A stretch of DNA of 64,000 bases from an uncultured Muribaculaceae bacterium (GTDB taxonomy: Bacteria; Bacillota_I; Bacilli_A; RF39; UBA660). The notes below the pieces were generated by a model. The model had not been told where the DNA came from and searched no databases. It worked only from the letters and a program-made list of their open reading frames with translations. Positions 9,453 through 18,829 of this stretch are shown in pieces. Within the stretch, counting starts at the first letter, position 1. Every line of letters starts with the position of its first letter. The stretch is taken from the NCBI GenBank assembly GCA_964636965.1, contig CAZWST010000001.1, positions 16,302 to 80,301 of the forward strand, given 5' to 3'. The position numbers were made by a program, and so were the translations under genes.

Positions 9453-10211
9453 ATGTCTGATATTATAAGAAAATGTGAAATATTAATTGCTATGCATAAA
9501 AAAGGAATGCTAGGCGGAGAAGTAATGCCAGAAGATGAAAATCCCCATTATGATTTAGAATCTTTAGAAAATTATTTATATTTTACGTTACCAATGTCTT
9601 TAAATTATCAAAGGAATTCTTATACTTTATGGGAAGGCGCAAATAAAACTGCGAAGGATAAGAATACTTCTTTTGTTTTTGATCCAACGGAAGTTTTAAA
9701 AAGAAGTTTTGAAGAAGTTCAAGAAGCATTAGTTAAATATAAGGTTGCATTACAAAAAAATAAGCAAACCGAGATATGGATTAAATTATGTCATACATTT
9801 ATAGACTTATTTGATGGAGATATAAGAAAGTTATTTAAAGAAAATGATTATGATGTTAATAAGATAAGAGATTTTATTTTAAAACATAAGAAAGATTTTC
9901 CTTATATAAGTGGGACAAAGTTAGTTAACTATTGGCTTTATGTTATAATGCAATATACGGATACTTTATATAAAAACCCAGAATGTTTAACTGTTGCTCC
10001 TGATACACATGTAATAAAAGCTACTCATCGTTTAGGTCTTATAAGTGATGAAGAGATGGAAAGTTCTAATGTTCAAGAATTAGTAATTGAAGCTTGGAAA
10101 AAAGTATTTGAAGGAACAAAATATAAACCTATTGATATTCATACACCTTTATGGCTTTGGAGTAGAGGCGGATTTAGAGAATTAGATGAAAGTGTATTAG
10201 ATGAAAAGTAA
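9453..10211 (+). CDS. EndoIII-like helix-hairpin-helix DNA glycosylase homolog without Fe-S loop
   Basis: FPYISGTKLVNYW (HhH with Lys), VAPDTHVIKATHRLGL (cf VDTHVxRVxxRLGL), HTPLWLWSRGG; paralog of 26161..26910. Confidence 0.55.
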   Translation: MSDIIRKCEILIAMHKKGMLGGEVMPEDENPHYDLESLENYLYFTLPMSLNYQRNSYTLWEGANKTAKDKNTSFVFDPTEVLKRSFEEVQEALVKYKVALQKNKQTEIWIKLCHTFIDLFDGDIRKLFKENDYDVNKIRDFILKHKKDFPYISGTKLVNYWLYVIMQYTDTLYKNPECLTVAPDTHVIKATHRLGLISDEEMESSNVQELVIEAWKKVFEGTKYKPIDIHTPLWLWSRGGFRELDESVLDEK

Positions 10212-10869
10212 TGAGTTTAAGTCTTTAGTTAATGATATTAGTAAATGTAATAAATGTTTAAATCTTGGTGATAAATCTTTAATAAATTTTTATGGTTCAG
10301 AAATGAGTTTATCTATTCCATCCATTTGGACAGATTGGTTAAATCATCTCGATAGTGAAGTAATGATTATTGGTCAAGATTGGGGTCCATATAAAGATAT
10401 GCTAAATATTTATGAAAGATATAAAAATGGGGAGGAATATGAAAAGTTAATTCAAGAAGAAAAGAGTTTAACTAAAAGAAATTTATTTAAATTTTTAAGT
10501 TTAACAAATGAAAACTATAATTTAAATAAAATCTATATAACTAATGCAATTATGTGTGCAAGAAGGGGATCTAATTATCGGAGTAATAATATTAATTTAA
10601 AATATTCAACAACTTGTTGTTCTAAGTTTTTAAAAAGACAGATTGATATTGTAAAACCAAAAGTTATTGTTACTTTAGGGTATTATCCGCTTTTATCACT
10701 TTCAAATATTTTTGGATTTTGTATAGAAAAAAACTTAACAGAAACTATTTTAAATACACCAGTTATAAAAACAGATGATTATATAATAATTCCTGTCTAT
10801 CATCCTGCAGCACAGATAAGTGTTGATAGACAAATTGAACAATATAAAAAAATATGGGAGAATTTATGA
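10201..10869 (+). CDS. UDG superfamily (family 4-like) protein with unusual GQDWG motif A
   Basis: CNKC, VMIIGQDWGP, ITNAIMCARR, TTCC, VYHPAAQ; ATG overlaps the upstream gene end. Confidence 0.6.
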   Translation: MKSNEFKSLVNDISKCNKCLNLGDKSLINFYGSEMSLSIPSIWTDWLNHLDSEVMIIGQDWGPYKDMLNIYERYKNGEEYEKLIQEEKSLTKRNLFKFLSLTNENYNLNKIYITNAIMCARRGSNYRSNNINLKYSTTCCSKFLKRQIDIVKPKVIVTLGYYPLLSLSNIFGFCIEKNLTETILNTPVIKTDDYIIIPVYHPAAQISVDRQIEQYKKIWENL

Positions 10870-11543
10870 AGAGTAATTTAGATATATGGGCAGTTCAAGA
10901 AGCAAAAGAAGAAATATTTACTGCTCTAGAACAAATAAAGGGTGGCTTAAGTATCATATATGATAAAGTTGCCTGTGAAATAATGATAGGATCAAATAAC
11001 ATAACGAATCGTTTATTTGACTTGTTTCTTTATAATGAAGAGAGTGATACTCTTATTATGGTAATGAAAGGTTCTAAAGCAAGTAAAGAAGATATGATAC
11101 ATTATTTAGAACAACATAATTTGAAGTATGTTGAAGTAACTTTCTTAAAAGAAGATGTAGACAATCAAATAAGTGAAAAAAAGGAAGAAGTGGAAGCTCC
11201 AGAATTATGGTTTGCAAGAGATGCTTATGTTTTAGATGATGCCTTAGATAGTAGCCTTGAAAGAAATGTAAATTCAGCTGTAATTATGCCAAATGTTATG
11301 GGAGATTTATCACTTTTTTATACTAATATTTTTGGTTATACTGAAGTAGTCGATGGAAGACTTTTTAAGGGCTTAGTTTCCTTACCTGATAAGCTAGTTT
11401 TGCTAGTAAATCAAGGAGAAGAAAAAGAGAGTATTAGCATATCTACTTTAGAGAAAAAAATCCAAGATAAAGGTTTTATTTATTCGATTGATGAAAGTAA
11501 TGATATTAGGTTATCAGGGAGTACTAATATAAGAACCAGATAA
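10866..11543 (+). CDS. Hypothetical protein (225 aa)
   Basis: ATG 10866 after GGGAGA overlaps the upstream stop at 10869; no motif recognised. Confidence 0.6.
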   Translation: MKSNLDIWAVQEAKEEIFTALEQIKGGLSIIYDKVACEIMIGSNNITNRLFDLFLYNEESDTLIMVMKGSKASKEDMIHYLEQHNLKYVEVTFLKEDVDNQISEKKEEVEAPELWFARDAYVLDDALDSSLERNVNSAVIMPNVMGDLSLFYTNIFGYTEVVDGRLFKGLVSLPDKLVLLVNQGEEKESISISTLEKKIQDKGFIYSIDESNDIRLSGSTNIRTR

Positions 11544-11559
11544 TTTTTTGAGGTGGGTT

Positions 11560-12921
11560 ATGGTAAATAATAATATTGTATGTGTTATTGATGGAGAAGC
11601 GGGTTCCTGTGGGAAAGCAAAGGTATGTGGAGAAATCGCTACTAATAAAAAGTATGGTGTTGGTGCAAGTTTAACTAATTCAATGCCTAATGCTGGTCAT
11701 ACTTTTGTTGATGAAACTGGGAATACTTTCTTATTTAGAAATATTCCAGTTGCTGTTGTAAATCCTGAAGTTGAACTTTTTATTGGTCCTAGTTCCGTAA
11801 TTGATTTAGAAGTATTTAAATCCGAATATGATACTCACGAACATCTAATTGGTAACCGTAAAATATATGTTCATGAATTAGTTCCTCTTGTAACAGAAGA
11901 ACATAAAAATCGTGAAAGAGAAATAATTAAAAGTGGGTCTACTTATCATGGATGTGCTGCATGTAATCAGGATAAGATAATTAGAAATCCTAATCTTGAA
12001 TTTTTTAAAGGATATAAGAATGCTGTTGTTTTAAAGAATGATGATTGGTTAGATTTACTATATAAACACTTGGATAACCCCGATGAAATTGTTTTATTTG
12101 AGGGTGCACAAGGCTGCGAGTTATCTTTAAACTTTAGTGGTGAACATCCTAATGTAACTTCGAGAAATATTTCAGTTTCTAATATGCTTCAAGAAGCTGG
12201 TGTTTCACCAAGAAGATTACTTTTTTCTGAAATGGTTATAAGGCCTTTTCCAATTAGAATTAATGATGTAACTAATTCTTTAAATTATGTTTATACAGGC
12301 GGTTATGGAACTGCTCAAAAGTTAACTTGGAGTCATATAAACTATTCAGCTAAGTTTGGTACATATCCTCAATTAGATCAATTTGAGGATTATGAAGAGG
12401 CTTTAACCGATGAAATGAAAATAAGATTATTAAATGAATCAAATAATAGAAGTCTTTTACAAATATTTGGACCTAATTATGCAAGTATAAAAATAGACGA
12501 TATCACAATTGCAGATGCTTTAGAAATGGAAAGACTTATTAATAAGGCAAAAGGTATTCGCAAGTATATTTCAGAGATTATAGATTTAAGTTATTTTGAC
12601 GATCCATATTTGATAGATTTATCTGAAACTACTTCAGTTACAAAACTTGAAAGAAAGATTTTTGATTTGGATATAAAGAAGTTAAAACAGAGTATACGTC
12701 TAAATGATCCTGATGGAATTTATTTAAATTTCTTTGAACATTTAGATAATAGGTTTTCTCATTTAAAATGTGAATTTGAAGAACTAGAATGTATTAATAG
12801 ATATATAAGAGAATATTTAAATTGGTTGGAGACGACTTTAGGAATAGATTTAAATCATTTAGGTACTGGAAAAGTAAATAATGAATATATAAAAAGAAAA
12901 GAGTTAATGTTTAAAGATTAA
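11560..12921 (+). CDS. Divergent adenylosuccinate synthetase (PurA/PurZ-like) paralog
   Basis: GSCGKAK P-loop (cf GDEGKGK), NAGHT, SGSTYHGCAACNQDK, LFEGAQG, HPNVTSRN; about 100-aa insertion and degenerate Asp-binding segment. Confidence 0.65.
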   Translation: MVNNNIVCVIDGEAGSCGKAKVCGEIATNKKYGVGASLTNSMPNAGHTFVDETGNTFLFRNIPVAVVNPEVELFIGPSSVIDLEVFKSEYDTHEHLIGNRKIYVHELVPLVTEEHKNREREIIKSGSTYHGCAACNQDKIIRNPNLEFFKGYKNAVVLKNDDWLDLLYKHLDNPDEIVLFEGAQGCELSLNFSGEHPNVTSRNISVSNMLQEAGVSPRRLLFSEMVIRPFPIRINDVTNSLNYVYTGGYGTAQKLTWSHINYSAKFGTYPQLDQFEDYEEALTDEMKIRLLNESNNRSLLQIFGPNYASIKIDDITIADALEMERLINKAKGIRKYISEIIDLSYFDDPYLIDLSETTSVTKLERKIFDLDIKKLKQSIRLNDPDGIYLNFFEHLDNRFSHLKCEFEELECINRYIREYLNWLETTLGIDLNHLGTGKVNNEYIKRKELMFKD

Positions 12922-12957
12922 CTTTTTTTAGATGTAAACTTATCTTTTTTTATAAAA

Positions 12958-12991
12958 TGTCACTTAGGTGTCACTTATTATTTGTTAAAAT
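12958..12991 (+). promoter_or_regulatory. Direct-repeat response-regulator box overlapping the -35 region, plus extended -10
   Basis: TGTCACTTA-GG-TGTCACTTA (12958-12977, 11-bp register), then TGtTAAAAT (12983-12991), upstream of the ABC operon. Confidence 0.5.
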
Positions 12992-13014
12992 GAATTTGTT
13001 CAAGGAGGAATAAT

Positions 13015-13686
13015 ATGGATTTATTAAAAGTTGAAGGACTTACAAAAATATACGGAAAGGGCGATAATAAAGTAGTTGCACTTGATAATGTATCATTCTC
13101 AGTTAAGAAGGGTGAATTTGTTGCAATTGTTGGAGCAAGTGGTTCAGGTAAATCAACACTTTTACACTTAATTGGTGGAGTTGATAGACCAACCAGTGGT
13201 AAAGTTTATATAGATGGTAATGACATTTATGATATGAATGATGATAAACTTGCAATATTTAGAAGAAGACAAGTTGGACTTATCTATCAATTTTATAATT
13301 TAATACCAATATTAAATGTTGAAGAAAATATTACATTACCAATGGAATTGGATGGAAGAAAAGTTGATAATAAAAAGTTAGATGAATTAATTGAATCTTT
13401 AGGTTTAACTTCTAGAAGAAAACATTTACCTAATGAACTATCTGGTGGACAACAACAAAGAACATCTATCGGAAGAGCAATGATTACTAATCCAGCAATA
13501 ATACTAGCTGATGAACCAACTGGTAACTTAGATTCTAAAGCTAGTGATGAGATTGTTGATTTACTTAAAATATCTAATAAAAAGTATCACCAAACTATTG
13601 TAATGATTACACATAACTTAGATATTGCATCCTCAGCTGATAGAATTATAAAAATTGAAGATGGACATATTGTTAAGGAGGATTAA
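13015..13686 (+). CDS. ABC transporter ATP-binding protein (MacB/BceA-like)
   Basis: Walker A GASGSGKST, signature LSGGQQQR, Walker B ILADEPT. Confidence 0.9.
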   Translation: MDLLKVEGLTKIYGKGDNKVVALDNVSFSVKKGEFVAIVGASGSGKSTLLHLIGGVDRPTSGKVYIDGNDIYDMNDDKLAIFRRRQVGLIYQFYNLIPILNVEENITLPMELDGRKVDNKKLDELIESLGLTSRRKHLPNELSGGQQQRTSIGRAMITNPAIILADEPTGNLDSKASDEIVDLLKISNKKYHQTIVMITHNLDIASSADRIIKIEDGHIVKED

Positions 13687-13688
13687 TA

Positions 13689-16376
13689 ATGAACTTGCTT
13701 AACAAACTTACTAAGAAAAACTTAGTATTAAATAAAAAAAGAACTATTGTTACAATAGTTGGTATAATTCTTTCAGTTGCTTTAATAACTGCTTTATCAA
13801 GTTTAGTTATAAGCTTTAAAAAGTCTGCTTTAGAATATGAAAAGAAAAGATCTGGCGATTATCATGTTTCTTTTTCACATGTCTTATCTAATGATATATC
13901 TAAATTAAAAGAAAATAGATATATTGAAGATGTTTATTTTTCGAAAGAAGTTGGGTATGCAAAATTAGATGGTATAAAGAATGAAGATAAACCTTTTGTC
14001 TATCTTCTTGCTTATGATTTTAAATCTTTAGATAAAATAGTAAAACAAAATGTTTTAGAAGGAAGACTCCCTAAAACAAGTAAAGAAATAGTTATATCTA
14101 AACATTTAAAAACTAATGGACGAGTTGACTTAAATATTGGTGATACAATAAAATTGGATATTGGAAAACGTTTAATTAAGGGAGAAGATTCTATTTTAGA
14201 TCAAACAAATCCTTATAATGCGGAATTGGAAACTTTTAAAAGTGATGAGGAACATGAATATAAAATAGTTGGTATAATAGAACGCCCTAGTTATTCAATT
14301 GAACCATATACAGCTCCAGGTTATACATTTATTACATGTTTAGATGAGATGAATGTTTCTATGTATAATGCTTATGTAAGATATAAGCATGAGTATTTGA
14401 GTGACCCTTATTATGTAACTGCTGATATTTTGGGAATAGATAAAAAAATCTATAAGACCTTTATGACTGGAGGAAATTTTAACTCTGAAGAAGAAATGAT
14501 CGAGTTTAATAAGAAATACCAAGAGGAAATGGAAAAAGCTCGATATGAAGTAGTAAACTTAAATAATTATTTAGTTTCACTTGAGTATCAAAATTTAAAA
14601 GATCCTTCAATGCAAGCTTTATATACTGTTGCTGCAATTGTTACTCTTATAATTATGGCTACATCAATTTATTGTATTAAGAATAGTTTTGATATTTCTA
14701 TAACTGAAAAGGTAAGACAGTATGGTATGCTTGCAAGTATTGGAGCAACAAAAAGACAAATTAGAAGAAATGTTTTATATGAAGCATTTATCTTAGGACT
14801 TATTGCAATACCAATCGGAATACTTTCAGGATTATTTGCATCATTTGTCTTAGTTAAAGTAACATCTATTTTATTAAGTGATGCATTAAATATAGAATTA
14901 AATTTTGGTGCATCAATTGGTTCTATATTATTATCAGTTGTTTTAGGCGCTGTGACTATTTATCTATCGGCAATTAAAAGTGCTAGAAAAGCTAGTAAAA
15001 TATCACCTATATCAGCAATTCGTAATAATAATGATATAAAAATTAAATCAAAGAAAATTAAATCACCAAAATTAATTAAGAAATTATTTGGTATTGGTGG
15101 GGATGTTTCATATAAAAATTTAAAGAGAAATAGTAAAAAATATCGTACAACAGTTATTTCAATTGTCGTATGTGTATCAGTATTCATCGCCCTTTATTCA
15201 TTTATGATGTTGGCTTTTAAAGCAGTTGATTTAAGTTATAAAGATACTGATTTTAATATAGATATTACTTTTAAAACTAATGATGATAAAAAAGATAATA
15301 TTATCAAAAAAATAGTAAACATTGAGGGTATAAAAGATTATTCAGTTAATGTTTCTAGATCATTTATATTAGATACTCCTAAATTTAGTCCTGCTTATGA
15401 TAACTATTATAAAAAGAATTATGAAATATCTGATGGTAAAATTGAAAACTTTGGTATAACTTTTATTAGTTTAGGAGATTATCAATATCGTAAATATATT
15501 CAAAGTTTGGGATTAAAATATGAAGATGTATATGATGGCGCAATTCTTTTAAATAAGCAACTTGTATATGAATATGATGAAAAAGCAAAAAAGGGAAAAA
15601 AACATGATTTAGATATATTTGATTATAAACGTGGAGATATATTAAAAGGCCATATGTATGATTATAATTGTGAAAGTACTGATGGTGATGAAGACAAGTG
15701 TTGGTTTGATACAAGTGTTAAGGTTTCTTTCTTAACTGATAAACAACCATTTGGTCAGGCTTCAAACTTTTCTGATAATGCTGTTATGGTTGTCAGTGAT
15801 GAATTTATGAAAAAGTATTCTAAAGTAAGAGATTATTATGAATTATTACTAGATGTAAAAAATCCTGATAAATTTCAAGACGAGGCAGAAAAAATATTAG
15901 AAGAGGCAAGTGACTATAACCTTTATAATGTTGATAAAGAAAAAAAGTCGAGTGAATCTCTTTTCACACTTATCGCAATATTCCTTTATGGTTTTATAAC
16001 AGTAATTGCTCTTATTGGTATAACTAATATATTTAATACAATAACTACAAGTGTTGAATTACGTGCTCGTGAATTTGCTACTTTAAAAAGTGTAGGTATG
16101 ACAAAACGAGAATTTAATAAAATGGTTAGTTTAGAAAGTATTTTCTATGGATTAAAATCACTTATTATTGGTATTCCAATTGGAAGTATTTTATCTTATA
16201 TAATTTATAAAGCTTTAATAGATGGAGATTTAGAGTTTGCTTATACTTATCCAACAACAGCTGTTATTATTTCTATATTTGCTGTACTTATTTTGGTAAC
16301 CGTTATTATGAAATACTCTATAAGTAAGATAAGCAAACAAAATACAATTGAAACAATTAGAAATGATAATATTTAA
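13689..16376 (+). CDS. ABC transporter permease with two FtsX-like domains
   Basis: 895 aa, TM clusters near residues 300-440 and 770-890, large extracytoplasmic segments, adjacent to the ATPase. Confidence 0.8.
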   Translation: MNLLNKLTKKNLVLNKKRTIVTIVGIILSVALITALSSLVISFKKSALEYEKKRSGDYHVSFSHVLSNDISKLKENRYIEDVYFSKEVGYAKLDGIKNEDKPFVYLLAYDFKSLDKIVKQNVLEGRLPKTSKEIVISKHLKTNGRVDLNIGDTIKLDIGKRLIKGEDSILDQTNPYNAELETFKSDEEHEYKIVGIIERPSYSIEPYTAPGYTFITCLDEMNVSMYNAYVRYKHEYLSDPYYVTADILGIDKKIYKTFMTGGNFNSEEEMIEFNKKYQEEMEKARYEVVNLNNYLVSLEYQNLKDPSMQALYTVAAIVTLIIMATSIYCIKNSFDISITEKVRQYGMLASIGATKRQIRRNVLYEAFILGLIAIPIGILSGLFASFVLVKVTSILLSDALNIELNFGASIGSILLSVVLGAVTIYLSAIKSARKASKISPISAIRNNNDIKIKSKKIKSPKLIKKLFGIGGDVSYKNLKRNSKKYRTTVISIVVCVSVFIALYSFMMLAFKAVDLSYKDTDFNIDITFKTNDDKKDNIIKKIVNIEGIKDYSVNVSRSFILDTPKFSPAYDNYYKKNYEISDGKIENFGITFISLGDYQYRKYIQSLGLKYEDVYDGAILLNKQLVYEYDEKAKKGKKHDLDIFDYKRGDILKGHMYDYNCESTDGDEDKCWFDTSVKVSFLTDKQPFGQASNFSDNAVMVVSDEFMKKYSKVRDYYELLLDVKNPDKFQDEAEKILEEASDYNLYNVDKEKKSSESLFTLIAIFLYGFITVIALIGITNIFNTITTSVELRAREFATLKSVGMTKREFNKMVSLESIFYGLKSLIIGIPIGSILSYIIYKALIDGDLEFAYTYPTTAVIISIFAVLILVTVIMKYSISKISKQNTIETIRNDNI

Positions 16377-16379
16377 TTT

Positions 16380-16405
16380 AGAGGGAGTAATCTCCCTCTT
16401 TATTT
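16380..16405 (+). terminator. Rho-independent terminator
   Basis: AGAGGGAG / CTCCCTCT stem; TGATATAAT promoter at 16405-16413 follows. Confidence 0.7.
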
Positions 16406-16435
16406 GATATAATAAAGGTGGTTAGGAGGATATTC

Positions 16436-17074
16436 ATGATTTTATTAGTTGAAGATAATGAAAAAATAACCAAAGGCTTAGTCTATGCATTAAATCAAAA
16501 CAACTTTGCTGTTCTTACTTCTTCTACAATTAAAGATGCAAGGGTAAAAATAAATGAAGATATTGATTTATTGATATTAGATGTATCTTTACCTGATGGT
16601 AATGGTTTTGATTTTTATAAAAATAATGTTAATAATATTAAAACTATATTTTTAACTGCTAGAGATACAGAAGATGATATAGTAAATGGTTTTGAAATGG
16701 GAGCAGTTGATTATATTACTAAACCTTTTTCAACAAGAGAATTGATTGCGCGTATAAAAAGAATACTAAATAGTAATGAAAAAAATATTATAACAGTAAA
16801 AGATATTACATATGACTTTAATAAGATGGTTGTTCTTAAAAATAATAAAGAAGTTAGTTTATCAAGTTTAGAACTTAAAATACTTAATTTATTATTTACT
16901 AATATTGATAAAGTTGTGACTCGTGATAAAATACTAGAACATATTTGGGAATGGACCGGAAATGATGTTAATGATAATACTATTACAGTTTATATGAAAA
17001 GAATTAGAGAAAAACTTGATACAGATATTATTAAAACATTAAAGGGAATTGGATATAGAATAGATCATGAATAG
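16436..17074 (+). CDS. OmpR-family response regulator
   Basis: MILLVEDNEK, LLILDVSLPDGNG receiver, C-terminal winged helix (TVYMKRIREKL, GIGYRI). Confidence 0.9.
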   Translation: MILLVEDNEKITKGLVYALNQNNFAVLTSSTIKDARVKINEDIDLLILDVSLPDGNGFDFYKNNVNNIKTIFLTARDTEDDIVNGFEMGAVDYITKPFSTRELIARIKRILNSNEKNIITVKDITYDFNKMVVLKNNKEVSLSSLELKILNLLFTNIDKVVTRDKILEHIWEWTGNDVNDNTITVYMKRIREKLDTDIIKTLKGIGYRIDHE

Positions 17075-18263
17075 AAAAAAGATTAATATAATCATTGTTC
17101 TAATTTTTTCCTTTATTTTGATATTTAATGTGATAAATATCAATGTTTATAGAAAAAGGTATGAATATTCTAATAATCGTGTTGTTGCAAATTTAATAAA
17201 TAATATTAGGATTAAATATCCTTCGGTAACTGATAAAGAAATTATTGATATTTTAAATGATGAAAATAATGATGATGGTTTTTTAAAATCATATGGAATA
17301 GATATTTATAAGGATAATATTAGTTTAAATTCTAATGACACTGTTAAGAACTTTTATGTTATTAACATTATAACTTTAGTAGTTTTATTAATACTTATAT
17401 TAATAGTTATAAATCTATTTATAGCACATTCTAATAAGAAAATTAAAAAACTTATTTATTATGTTGAAGAGATTAATAAAAAGAACTATAAATTAGATTT
17501 AATTTCTAATGCAGAAGGAGATATTTCAATACTTCAAAATGAGATATATAAAACTATGGTAATGTTAAAGGAAAGTGCAGATAATTCTTTAAATGATAAA
17601 GAAAACATAAAGAAAAATTTATCTGATATATCCCATCAATTAAAGACACCACTTACTTCTATTAGTATTGCTCTTGATAATATAATAGATGATCCTGAAA
17701 TGGACACGCATTTGAGAAATGAATTTATAATGGATATAAAAAGAGATATAATAAATATTAATTTTTTAGTTTATAATATATTAAAATTATCTCAGTTTGA
17801 TACTAATACGGTTAAGTTAAAGCATGAAAAAATTGATTTAGTGAGTGTCATAAAAGAATCTATTAAAAATGTTTCAATGTTAGCTGATTTAAAAAGTGTC
17901 TCAATAGATTTTGAATGTGAAGATTCTTTATATATTATGGGAGATGCTAAATGGGAGATAGAAGCACTTACTAATATAATAAAAAATTCAATTGAGCATT
18001 CAAATGAATTTTCTAAGGTAGAGATTAGTATTAACCAAACTGATCTATACACTGAGGTAAGTATTAAGGATTTTGGTGCAGGAATAGAAAAGAAAGATAT
18101 AAAGAAAATATTTGAAAGATTTTATAAATTAAGTGACAGTGATAATGGATTTGGGATTGGCCTATCTTTAGCTAAGGAGATTATTGAATCTGATAATGGA
18201 AGAATAAAAGTTAAAAGTGAAGTTGGAGTAGGTACAGAATTTATTATTAGATATATTAAGTAG
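17067..18263 (+). CDS. Sensor histidine kinase
   Basis: Two TM segments, H-box SHQLKTPLTSI, N-box IIKNSIEHS, G-boxes DFGAGI and GFGIGLSLAKE; overlaps the RR stop. Confidence 0.9.
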   Translation: MNRKKINIIIVLIFSFILIFNVININVYRKRYEYSNNRVVANLINNIRIKYPSVTDKEIIDILNDENNDDGFLKSYGIDIYKDNISLNSNDTVKNFYVINIITLVVLLILILIVINLFIAHSNKKIKKLIYYVEEINKKNYKLDLISNAEGDISILQNEIYKTMVMLKESADNSLNDKENIKKNLSDISHQLKTPLTSISIALDNIIDDPEMDTHLRNEFIMDIKRDIININFLVYNILKLSQFDTNTVKLKHEKIDLVSVIKESIKNVSMLADLKSVSIDFECEDSLYIMGDAKWEIEALTNIIKNSIEHSNEFSKVEISINQTDLYTEVSIKDFGAGIEKKDIKKIFERFYKLSDSDNGFGIGLSLAKEIIESDNGRIKVKSEVGVGTEFIIRYIK

Positions 18264-18279
18264 GAAGTGAAGTTTTTTT

Positions 18280-18804
18280 ATGAAAAATATTATTAATGCA
18301 TTTATATTATTTGTTATTATTGGTTTATTGTTAATGATATTAATACTTTCAAAGAAAAGTGATAAAGATATTGAGTATCATCAAAATCCAACTAATCCAA
18401 TATATGATGTTTCTTCTTTTAATCAAATTAAACCAACAGATATAGAAAATTTTAAAAAGAATAAATTATATGTTATTTTTATTGGAAGAGAAAATTGTGT
18501 ATATTCTAGAAGCATGTTAGCAATTTATAAATTGGCTCAGGAAGAATATGATTATGTAACGCAGTATATTAATATCTTAGATATTTATGATTATGCTAAT
18601 TCTTCAATAATAGATAAATCCGAATATGATTATCTAAATAATTTAGATAGAGTTAAGTCTGAAGAAAACTTTATGAAAAGTTTTAGTTATACTCCACTTA
18701 CTTTATTTGTTAAGAATAAAAAAATAGTTAAAACTTATCTTGGAGAAGCAGACTATGAAACATTTAGTGGTATTTTAGAAGATTTAGGTTTAAAGAAAAA
18801 ATAA
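18280..18804 (+). CDS. Membrane-anchored thioredoxin-like protein with CxxS
   Basis: N-terminal TM; VIFIGRENCVYSRSM resembles the FIGRxTCPYC of bacteriocin-accessory thioredoxin-like proteins, with the second Cys as Ser. Confidence 0.4.
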   Translation: MKNIINAFILFVIIGLLLMILILSKKSDKDIEYHQNPTNPIYDVSSFNQIKPTDIENFKKNKLYVIFIGRENCVYSRSMLAIYKLAQEEYDYVTQYINILDIYDYANSSIIDKSEYDYLNNLDRVKSEENFMKSFSYTPLTLFVKNKKIVKTYLGEADYETFSGILEDLGLKKK

Positions 18805-18829
18805 GTTCATATGATATGAACTTATTTTA
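18801..18829. terminator. Bidirectional terminator
   Basis: ATAAGTTCATA / TATGAACTTAT stem between convergent genes. Confidence 0.65.

Noticed and set aside
11560-12921. Annotating this gene as housekeeping purA
   Set aside because: The P-loop Asp is replaced, the IMP and Asp binding segments are degenerate, there is a roughly 100-aa insertion, and it sits in an operon with glycosylase-like genes. It is kept as a PurA/PurZ-like paralog only.
956-12921. Prophage or phage-remnant interpretation of the all-plus-strand block
   Set aside because: No terminase, portal, capsid, tail, lysis or integrase signatures were recognised, and the genes have individual promoters and terminators rather than long phage-like operons.
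14340-15714. Antisense ORFs 14340..14522, 14960..15187 and 15466..15714
   Set aside because: They lie inside the FtsX permease gene on the opposite strand, with no start context.
17792-18052. Antisense ORF in the histidine kinase gene
   Set aside because: The sense-strand kinase motifs are unambiguous; the antisense frame has no supporting signal.
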